A stretch of DNA of 64,000 bases from Octopus bimaculoides. Taxonomy: Eukaryota. Shown piece after piece: positions 14,701-26,234 of this stretch. Position 1 is the first letter of the stretch; every line of letters starts with the position of its first letter. A program made the translations under genes and the position numbers. Below the pieces are notes generated by a model. The model was not told the origin of the DNA and did no database searches. It saw only the letters and a list, made by a program, of their open reading frames with translations. Location: assembly GCF_001194135.2 (NCBI RefSeq), contig NC_069000.1:35490690-35554689 (forward strand). The letters are read 5' to 3'.

Positions 14701-16282
14701 GTCGTTTTAGGAAATTAACAGCCTGAAACCAAACAATGGCTTCCGTCTCTGGCTTACCACCGAAGTGCATCCACATTTCCCCAGTGTCTTGCTCCAGTCT
14801 AGTCTTAAAATCACCTACGAGGTCAGTAACTACTCTGTCTCTCCTCTATCAAGAGCTTTATCAGATTTCTCTCTTGTGTCTATTTAATAAACAGTTAGAA
14901 GAATTTCCATTGACCTTTGATCTGTTTTGTTTCAGTCACCTCCTGGGCTAAAGAAATCTCTCCAACGAACATACGAGGCCTGGTCAAGTGAGTACCTGCG
15001 GCAGGGCAATGAAAATCGAGCCAATGCTTTGTTTGCTCTCGCTTGGTTCCACGCCGTTGTACAAGAAAGGAGGACTTACATTCCACAGGTGAGTTTGTGT
15101 TTCCGATTGCATCAGTCGGTGGCGGTGGCAGCGTGATAATTTTAAAATGATCATCACTGTCATACAAGCGGTGCCATTCATTTTCCAATATTCTGCAAGA
15201 ACATGTCTGACCATGAGCATGGGGAAATTATTACCTTGTTTGGAAACGTGTGTGAGTTGGTGACAGGAAGAGCATCCGACTGTGGAAAATTTGTCTGTGG
15301 GCATTAAAATGATGATTATGATGGTGGTGGTGGTAGTGGTGGTGGCAGTGGTAATGATGGTGGTGATCCATGCTTGCATGAGTTGGACGGCTTGGCAAGA
15401 CCTGGTAGATCTAAGGACTGCATTGTGCTCCAGTGCCTACTTTGGCATGATTTCTATGGCTGGATGGATGCCTTTCCTAACACCAACCACTTTACAGCAT
15501 GTACTGGGTGCTTTATTTTTCATGCCACCAGTACTAGTGAGGCAGCCATGTTGCTTGCAAGACCATGAAACTTGAGCAGGGAGAGTATATAAGGAGATGA
15601 GATCTAAAGTACAATAGAGGAACATACACAGGTGTTTTGTTATTGAGGAGATACATAGTCAAAGGAGATACATGGTCAAAGGAGATACATGGTCAAAGGA
15701 GATACATGGTCAAAGGAGACAAGAGAAGGTAATGATGGGGTACTACAGCAAACTCTCAAGAAACAAGAAGGTGAGCCTAAGAGAGGATACAGATGGTTAG
15801 TCACAGGATGAGAGAGTGTGTGGATGCTTTCATAGGAGTGTGAGAAGGAAGTGAACAGGTAGCAGTAGAGACAGAGGTTAATGTAGTGAGTGATGAGTGA
15901 GGGTGGGGGTGCAGATGATGGGAAATACCAGTTGTGAAAGGAGTAAGGTGGGAGATATAGGGATGACTCAAGAAGATGAATGGTCTAGTGGTTAGTGTGT
16001 TGCACTCATGATCGCAAGATCATGGTTTCAATTCCTAGACTGCGTGGTGTGTTGTGTTCTTGAGCAAAACACTCCATCTCCCATTACTCTGCAATGATTT
16101 CGACATGTGACACATGGCACACTTGTGCACCTGTTTGGGCAACGGCAATTTGATGAAGGGAGTAAGCTAATATGCAGCACATTTATTTGACCACTATAAA
16201 CAAATCAGTTGTGTAGGTCATTCGACAGAAATTCTGAACACTCGTATGTCATCTTCAACAGGAGAGTCCATCATTATTATTA

Positions 16283-16325
<43 letters not shown>

Positions 16326-17817
16326 CATTATTATTAAGGTGGCAGACTCGGAGAATTGTCTGCACACTGGGCAAAATGCTTAGTAGCATTTCATCTTTTT
16401 CTACACTGGAGGTAGATGTAGGTGCATTGGTACATAGGCAAATAGGTAGGTAAGCAGGTACATAGGTAGGTGTGTGTTTGTGCCATAAGAAATGACTAAA
16501 GTTCGATGACTGGCACCTGTGCCAGTGGGGCGCTAAGAGCACCGTCTGAGGGTGATCATTGTCAAAGCAGCTGTCTGGCATTCTCGCCAGTGGTACGTAA
16601 ATAGCACCATTTGAGCATGATCATTACCAGCATTGCCTTACTGGCACTTGTGTCGGTGGCATGTGCAAAAACATTCAAGTGAGGTCGTTGCCAGTGCCGG
16701 CCACTGGACTGGCTCCTGTGCAGGTGGCACATAAAAAAACACCATTTTGAGCATGGCCATTGCCAGTACCACCTGACTGGCCCTTGTGCCGGTGGCATGT
16801 AAAAGCACCCACTACACTCTCGGAGTGGTTGGCGTTAGGAAAGGCATCCAGCTGTAGAAACTCTGCCAGATCAGATTGGAGAGCCTGGTGCAGCCATCTG
16901 GTTCACCAGTTCTCAGTCAAATCATCCAACCCATGCCAGCATGGAAAGCGGACGTTAAACGATGATGATGATGATCGTCCTTCATATTTTCTTCTANNNN
17001 NNNNNNNNNNNNNNNNNNNNNNNNNNNNNNNNNNNNNNNNNNNNNNNNNNNNNNNNNNNNNNNNNNNNNNNNNNNNNNNNNNNNNNNNNNNNNNNNNNNN
17101 NNNNNNNNNNNNNNNNNNNNNNNNNNNNNNNNNNNNNNNNNNNNNNNNNNNNNNNNNNNNNNNNNNNNNNNNNNNNNNNNNNNNNNNNNNNNNNNNNNNN
17201 NNNNNNNNNNNNNNNNNNNNNNNNNNNNNNNNNNNNNNNNNNNNNNNNNNNNNNNNNNNNNNNNNNNNNNNNNNNNNNNNNNNNNNNNNNNNNNNNNNNN
17301 NNNNNNNNNNNNNNNNNNNNNNNNNNNNNNNNNNNNNNNNNNNNNNNNNNNNNNNNNNNNNNNNNNNNNNNNNNNNNNNNNNNNNNNNNNNNNNNNNNNN
17401 NNNNNNNNNNNNNNNNNNNNNNNNNNNNNNNNNNNNNNNNNNNNNNNNNNNNNNNNNNNNNNNNNNNNNNNNNNNNNNNNNNNNNNNNNNNNNNNNNNNN
17501 NNNNNNNNNNNNNNNNNNNNNNNNNNNNNNNNNNNNNNNNNNNNNNNNNNNNNNNNNNNNNNNNNNNNNNNNNNNNNNNNNNNNNNNNNNNNNNNNNNNN
17601 NNNNNNNNNNNNNNNNNNNNNNNNNNNNNNNNNNNNNNNNNNNNNNNNNNNNNNNNNNNNNNNNNNNNNNNNNNNNNNNNNNNNNNNNNNNNNNNNNNNN
17701 NNNNNNNNNNNNNNNNNNNNNNNNNNNNNNNNNNNNNNNNNNNNNNNNNNNNNNNNNNNNNNNNNNNCATAACAGATACACAAACATATACACACACACA
17801 ATGCACACACACACAAG

Positions 17818-17863
<46 letters not shown>

Positions 17864-20800
17864 ACAGGCTTCTTTTAGTTTCCATCTATCAAATCCACTC
17901 ATAAGGCTTTGGTTGGCCTGAGGCTATAATAGAAGATATTTGCCCAAGGTGCCATGCAGTGGGGCTGAACCCAGAACCATGTGGTTGGTAAGCAAACTCC
18001 TTACCACACAGCCACTACACATTATCAACTGCACATACTCAATGTATGTGTTCTGTGCCAGACCACAGCATACTGGCCAACAAGTAAAACACATACATTG
18101 AGTATGTGCAGACGATAATGTTTACAACACTAGCACTGGTTTTAATTCATAATTGAATGTGTGTATGTTATGAAGAAAAGAAGTGTATTCCCATGCAAGA
18201 AAGAATATAGGAGAGTTGGTTTTGAGGGTTGAAAATGCACCTGAGTATTAAAATGTGTGGTAGTTTTTTTAAATTTTAAATAGATTTATTAAAATACCAA
18301 ACTGGTTTCAACCATGTATTGTTTTACAATGGTAAATAAAAAAAAGTTTAAGAAAGGTTGAATGTTCACACATTTTAAGACTTCAGTGCATTTTCAACCC
18401 ACAAAAACAACTCTCCTATATATATTCCAAAATGAGAAAAACACAAAGACAAGGTTAAAAAATGGATGACTTAAGTTTACATTCAGGTAAAATGAAAGAA
18501 GTTTTTAACATTTTGAGCCTACATTCTTCTACAGAAAGGATAGATGAAGAGAGAAAAAGGATGCAGAGAAAACAAACATGTCTGAATTATATGGTTAAGG
18601 CATTCTGAAAAGTTGTGTGTGTGCGTGCGTGCATGTGTGAATATCCATGTATGTACATGTATGTGTTTGTTGGTTTGTCTATGTGTGTATGCATGTGCAC
18701 GACTTAGTAGGTCAGCATAAAAGATCAATAAAATAAATATCAGTCTTAAAGAAAAGTAAGTATTGTGGTTGATTTATTTAATTAAAACCTTTCAAGGCAA
18801 GTGCCCCAGCATGACCACAGTCCACTGACTGAAACAAGTAAAAGGTAATGTGCGAAAGCATTTTCCGAACACTCTTTAACCCTTTTGATACCAAACACCT
18901 GACATCATCCCTGGTTCTGTTGTTTGCCTTCCATCAAAATGTTATGTTCCTCTATATTCCAACTATCAGCTTCAGATTTTAACACAAGATCAGCAATTTC
19001 GGAGGTGGAGTCTCGTCACTTACATCAACCCCAGTGCCCAGCTGGTACTTATTTTATCAACCCCAAAAGGATGAAAGGCAAAGTCAGCCTCAGTAGAATA
19101 TGAACTCAGAACATAAGGACAAACCAAATGCTGCCCAGTATTTTGCCCAGCATCCCTTACAATTCTGCCAGCTTGCCATCTTTTACCAACTTAATAATGA
19201 TAATATTATTTTAATAAGTTCTTAGTTATTTTGAAAATTAATTGAAACAAAGGCTTTATGTTTCATGATAAGTATATGCTTCAACATAAGAACTGTGCAT
19301 GTTTGAGTCAACCCTTTCGTTAGTATATTTCTGACCAAAATACACCTCTCACGAGTTTCAATTAAATTCTAAAATAATCATGAATTAACATATTAATGTG
19401 ATATTTGGAGCATAATTAAAGAAAGGGTTCTTAATCAATTTCATTGCATAACTTTTGTCTCAAAGTGACTCTAATTACAGGTAAATCCAGGTAAACTGAA
19501 CAAAAGGTAAAAATATTAAAATTTTGTTTAAGCATCACAATAGAAAATGAATCATCAGCTAATATTCAATTGGGTATGCAACAAAATTTTGATATAGAAG
19601 AATTGTGCAGATCACTAGATTATCAGTTGAATTTAATGCACAACAGAACAGGTGTACCATAAAGGCGAAATAAACTGAAACACTGGAATCCACCGCAAGT
19701 TTGACCGAACTAAATAAATCTGCCAAAAGATAATATACAACCTTGGTTATGGTATGGAAGTGATAAATTCCAGACCACATTGTACCCTAGGCCATGCTGA
19801 CTAACATTATTTTCCCTATATAAAATCTAAATCCACAGCAGTACCCAGTATTTGCTTCACAAATTTTCCAAACTTTGATTCCCCCATTTTGTGGGCTTTC
19901 CTGGCATATACTGTTTGTTTACATTCTGCATAACAGTTCGTTTCCACAGTGATTGCTTCAAACAAGCATACTGAAAAAAATAAAAGTCTAACGGTTTCGT
20001 TTTCTAAGGAAGACTCTGGATAGACCCCATCTCCTCAGAAAAATTGCTAATAAAAACATTTTTTAAGTTTTTACTTCATTTCGATGTAAAATCGTCTTTG
20101 CTGTCACTATCACCGCTTTCAGTTTCTTCAGAATCGCTGCTTTCGGTTTTGGATACAGAAATATCCTATTCATTCTCGTACACCACATGCTTTTGTACCT
20201 CATTCATTCTTTTTCTCAATATCTCCATATTTTCCATTGAAAATCCTGTAAATTCAGAATCATTGCATGATAGCATGAAACTCCTATCCATTTTCAAAGT
20301 TGCAAACAAATCGATGCCAATAAAAAGTGGAAAAAAGTCTCTCAAAATTCAGTGAGTTCAGATATCATGTCAAGCAATGTCAGATACTATAACTCAACTA
20401 TTTACAAAGTGAAATCATGTATTTTCACAAATGTGCTAACGAGATTTGTGCTTAAATTCCCATTTAAATAACAATGAGTACTCTCAGCCGGCTACAGCCG
20501 GGTTGGTCTTATGAACCAGAAAGACCAACCTGGGTTAGTATCAGCAGTTTGCATAAAAAGAAAAGAAAATACAATATCCTATCCAAAAATGAAATTTTTT
20601 TTTGAAAAATCAAAAAATATCTAGATTATGACTGGGAGACAACAGTTTACTCAAAATGGTTGTTCTCAGCTTCCAGCATGGCCATCATGCATTCCTCACT
20701 GTATCCCTGAGAAGATTTTTGGACACCTCCTTGATCTTGGCCACCAGCTCAGCCTTGGTTTTGCAGGCAGAGCAGTTGGTGTCTTTCTCAACTTGGAAGC

Positions 20801-21413
20801 CAGAAATTGGGGCTGGTGAAGTCGTAGAAATTCTCCACGAACCATTTCTGATTCTTTGCAGAAGTACGCCAAGGAGTTGAATGCTGCTGCTACATATAGG
20901 ACCTTCCAGCAACAACTCTCTCCAGCCAAAGTTTCACTACTGTCTCCACCACCTTCATATAATCATCAGAATTGTGCCTAAAACCCTGTTCAAAGATGTA
21001 AGGTAGTATGATGTTACCCTCGCTGCTGATGCACCCAAAAATCATCACTGTTGAGGGGATCTTGGTTTCCATGATGTCTTTGTCATATCTTACAGCCCTT
21101 GCAGTGTTCACAGAGCATTGAAGAGCAGTCATGATGTCGGCATTTTGTTACCTGGCATGACTCATCATGATACAAGAAACTCTCTTCCAATATTCAGATA
21201 GCTCCTACTCCTCCATATCTCTTTTACTCATTTCAGTCATTTGACTGGAGCACCACCTTTAGTCAAGCAAATCGACGCCAGGACTTATTCTTTGGATGCC
21301 TAGTACTTATTCTATTGGTCTATTTTACCAAACCGCTAAGTTATGGGGACGTAAACACACAGTTGTCAAGCAATGTTGGGAGGACAAACACAGACACACA
21401 TACACACATATAC

Positions 21414-21455
<42 letters not shown>

Positions 21456-22377
21456 GATGGGCTTTTTTCAGTTTCTGTCTACCAAATCCACTCACAAGGC
21501 TTTGGTCGGCCCAAGGCTATAGTAGAAGACACTTGCCCAAGGTGCCACGCAGTGAGAATGGACCCCGAACCATGTGGTTGGTAAGCAAGCTACTTACCAC
21601 ACAGCCACTCCTGCTTACTTTTTCGCAACTCCAACTTTAATCATGATGCTCTAATGCCATTGACTGTTCACCAAAACATGAAGCTGTTCCTGAAAAAATA
21701 GAAGACATGAAAATGTCATCAAATTTAAGTCAAACACCTTATATACATCCATATTCTCTCTCTATTTCTCTCTCTCTAGCTATCTATATGTCTATCTATC
21801 TCTATCCTTCTCTCTTTATGCTATCACCCTCCATTCATCGTTTTCTCCTATCAAACTATCATGCTTCTCTTTGTGAGCTGTCACAGCCTTTTCAACGCCA
21901 ATTAATTAATCATTCAATCAATCACATTATCCAATTCAAATCTCTCATCTCTTCTCCTTACTTATAGGCCATAATATTCAATGGCAGTGGATCCATGGCC
22001 TCTTTGAACAGGCAATATATGGTGGTAGAGTAGACAACACCTTTGACATAAGGGTGTTAGTCTCTTACCTGAAGACTTTCTTTGACAACCGGGTGTTGGG
22101 TGAACATGTGAGTGACAGACGCATTGGAAATCTGCAACTGCCAAATTCCTGCCAGTACAGAGTAAGCATCTCATCTTATGTTACAATGTTCTTCTTTTCT
22201 TTCTTTCTGATTTTTATGAACACATGAAGGGAACTCTGTTTACTAGAAATAGAAACCAAAACACTCTCAAATCAAGCTCTAGATACTGATGTGTTGAAAC
22301 AATGGTATAATTGTAAGGCATTTAATCTTTATTGAAGGTGTGCATCTGTATGTGCATGCACGTGTGTGTGTATTAGG

Positions 22378-22419
<42 letters not shown>

Positions 22420-25400
22420 GGAATATTTTACAAACTGTTTTTCTGAGATTTCACATGATTGTTCGTCAGACAGTTTGATGAATGGTGTTACATAAGACTC
22501 TGAATAACAGTTTGTGAAGTCTTTCAGCTTCAATAAAATATTTTACTTTACTTTTGGTATTCAAGTAATATTTCATCCACCTTGTTTTGCATTTATGTGT
22601 TCACATGTATATGTGTCTGTGTGGTGTAATTCTTTTTATATGGAAAATATTGATATTGATTTCAAAGTTCCACTAGTCATTGCTTCATGAAACTTCAAAG
22701 CTTTGTTTTTTTTAAACCTTTTTATATATTTTTGGTTCATCTAGTGGATGAGATTTAGTGGTTGCAACCTTTCACTTATAAAAATAAATGTTAAATTATT
22801 TTTAAATGTTATATTTTATTTAAATTGCATGATTTTTCAGTTGATATTAGACCATTTTTATATATAACTGTACGTAAAAAGAAACATTAATTACATACGT
22901 ACACCTTAACAGAAAGTTTTTTTTTTTTATCTATCTTAAAGCCTTGGTTTCCTGTTTCTTTCAGGACTACATTTCTCTGATTGATAAACTTCCTGACTAC
23001 AACCAACCTTCTTTGTTTGGTCTTCCTGAGAATATTGAGCGGTCTTCTCAGAAGACCATAAGTAACAATGTTATCTGTCAGCTGAGAATCCTGATGAGGT
23101 CTGACATCAAAGGCAGTAAATTTGATAAGGAAGTCTGGTCTTCTGAACTGGGGCCCATTCTCAATTTGTGGAAGAAACTTAACCAGGTAAGGCACTTACT
23201 CAATTTAGTCGATGCTAATAGGGAATGTCTTTCTTGGCTTCCCACCCTGCTAGAAATGACAGCCAAATCTTGCTGAAATCATATCCCACTATCTTTGATA
23301 TGTGATGGATCAATTTGGTCAATGCTACAGAGGAGTGTCTTTCTTAACTGCTCACCCTGCTGGAAACAGTAGCCAAGTCTTACACAAATCACATCCAGCT
23401 GCTTTTAATATGAGATGGACATATTTTACCCTTTTAAATGGCTGTCACTGAAACTCTTTTGATCATTGTTGTCATCACCATTTACTGTATGCTTTTGCAG
23501 CATGTTAATAACATAACACTACAAGAGTAGTACCTGTACGTCTACCAAATTCACCCACAAGACTTTGGTCAGCCTGAGGCAATAGTAAAAGACACCTTAG
23601 GTGCCAAGCAGTGGGACTGAACCTGGAATCATGTAGTTGGGAAGCTACTTACCACACAGCCATGCCTATATCGTTCGTTTAACATCCGCTTTCCATGCTA
23701 GCATGGGTTGACATATATATATATATATATTCTTTTTTTCTTTTATTTGTTTTAGTCATTTGACTGTGGCCATGCTGGACAAATCGACCCTAAGACTTAT
23801 TCTTTGTAAGCCTAGTACTTATTCTATCGGCCTCTTTTGCTGAACTGCTAAGTTACAAGGATGTAAACACACCAACATCAGTTGTCAAATGATGGTGGGG
23901 GGACAAACACATACACACAAACACACACACATATATGACAGGCTTCTTTCAGTTTCCATCTACCAAATCCACCGACAAGGCTTTGGTCAGCCTGAGGCTA
24001 TAGTAGAAGACACTTGCCCAAGGTGCCATGCAGTGGGACTGAACCCGGAACCATGTGGTTGGAACCATATTTGCACATGTTCAATTATCATTTTACTATT
24101 TTCACATCCTCTCTTCTAGTTTAATCCATCATTTATGATGGAAAATGTCTTCAGTTTATCTATTTTTTTATTTTATTTTCTTTCTTTGATTTTAGGGTCA
24201 GCAATTGATTCATATGAAGGTGAACCCACCAAAACAGAAAGATGGCAACACGTCCCCCTTGCTGGCCTTTATTCAACTCGAGAAGTACAATGCCATTAAA
24301 CTTATCCAGTTTGTCCATTTGTCCCTGGCCGCACTCAGCAAGGTTATCCGTGGCTCCACTCTGCTGACCGCTAGTGTCCAGCAACTTGCTGAAGCACTGC
24401 TCAATCAAGAGGTAAGTGAATACCATCACTGATACAGTGTCTCAGATTCTCCATGCAATAAATGTATACAATGAGCTTTCGTTGCTGATGTCATTTACAT
24501 GTTTCAGTCAATGGACTGTGGCCATAGTGGGGCACCACCCTGAAGGGTGTAGTCAAACAAACTAACTCTAGTACTCATTTTATCGGGTCTTTTGCCTAAC
24601 TGCTAAGTTATGACATAAACAAACCAGTACCATCTCACGAGGAACAAATACAATATAAGCACAAAGACAAACACATCTACATATATATCTTTACCGCATT
24701 TGAGTTCACCAGACACATGAAGACCTGCTCTTCTCTCAGACATGTTCTCCAATTTTCTAATAGTACTGCCATCCACAATCTTGGCCAGTTCTTGTGATGT
24801 GTAAAAGATACCTGTGCTGGTGAGACATAAAAGGCACCTGTGTCAGTGACATGTTGAAGTTACCCACTATACTCTTGGAGTGGTTGGTGTCAGGAAGGTC
24901 GTCTAGCTCTAGAAACCAAGCCAAAACCAGACTGGAGCCTGGTACAGCTTTCAAGCTTACCAGTTTCAGTCAGACCATCTAACCCATGCCAGCATAGTAA
25001 ATGGACACTAAATGATGATGATGATGATTAAAAATGTAATTTTAAAAGATGCAAACATGAATTAAATTTAAAGNNNNNNNNNNNNNNNNNNNNNNNNNNN
25101 NNNNNNNNNNNNNNNNNNNNNNNNNNNNNNNNNNNNNNNNNNNNNNNNNNNNNNNNNNNNNNNNNNNNNNNNNNNNNNNNNNNNNNNNNNNNNNNNNNNN
25201 NNNNNNNNNNNNNNNNNNNNNNNNNNNNNNNNNNNNNNNNNNNNNNNNNNNNNNNNNNNNNNNNNNNNNNNNNNNNNNNNNNNNNNNNNNNNNNNNNNNN
25301 NNNNNNNNNNNNNNNNNNNNNNNNNNNNNNNNNNNNNNNNNNNNNNNNNNNNNNNNNNNNNNNNNNNNNNNNNNNNNNNNNNNNNNNNNNNNNNNNNNNN

Positions 25401-26195
25401 NNNNNNNNNNNNNNNNNNNNNNNNNNNNNNNNNNNNNNNNNNNNNNNNNNNNNNNNNNNNNNNNNNNNNNNNNNNNNNNNNNNNNNNNNNNNNNNNNNNN
25501 NNNNNNNNNNNNNNNNNNNNNNNNNNNNNNNNNNNNNNNNNNNNNNNNNNNNNNNNNNNNNNNNNNNNNNNNNNNNNNNNNNNNNNNNNNNNNNNNNNNN
25601 NNNNNNNNNNNNNNNNNNNNNNNNNNNNNNNNNNNNNNNNNNNNNNNNNNNNNNNNNNNNNNNNNNNNNNNNNNNNNNNNNNNNNNNNNNNNNNNNNNNN
25701 NNNNNNNNNNNNNNNNNNNNNNNNNNNACAAATATTTAAGTGACTCTTGATGGAAACTGAAAAAAATAGTTCCCTGCCATACCAAGCTATAAAAAACTTA
25801 TCTAAAGGTGTAGGCATGGCTGGAGTGGTTAAAAAGCTCACTTTGCAACCACATGGTTTCAGGTTCAGTCTCAATGCACAGCACCTTGGGCAAATGTTTC
25901 TTAAAATAGCCCCAGGTCAACCAATACCTTATCAGTGCATTTGATAGACAGAAACTGTGTGAAACCCTGGCGGCGAGCTGGCAGAAACGTTAGCACGCCG
26001 GGCGAAATGCTTAGTAGTATTTCGTCTGCCGAGGTCGACTTTGTCTTTCATCCTTTCGGGGTCGATAAATTAAGTACCAGTTACGCACTGGGGGCAATGT
26101 GATTGACTTAATCCCTTTGTCTATCCTTGTTTGTCCCCTCTAAATTTAGCCCCTTGTGGGCAATAAAGAAATAAGAAACTGTAAGAAGCTTGCCA

Positions 26196-26234
<39 letters not shown>

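Noticed and set aside
15644-15720. CRISPR-like appearance of short repeats (also 29050-30600 and 52085-52600)
   Set aside because: The DNA is eukaryotic, there are no identical repeats separated by unique fixed-length spacers, and no cas genes.
20628-21132. Host gene suggested by several overlapping ORFs
   Set aside because: The ORFs are frameshifted pieces of a Tc1/mariner transposase.
24196-24201. Alternative acceptor 6 nt into the exon (ggtcag)
   Set aside because: It has no pyrimidine tract of its own, and the upstream AG gives the length that matches the human sequence.
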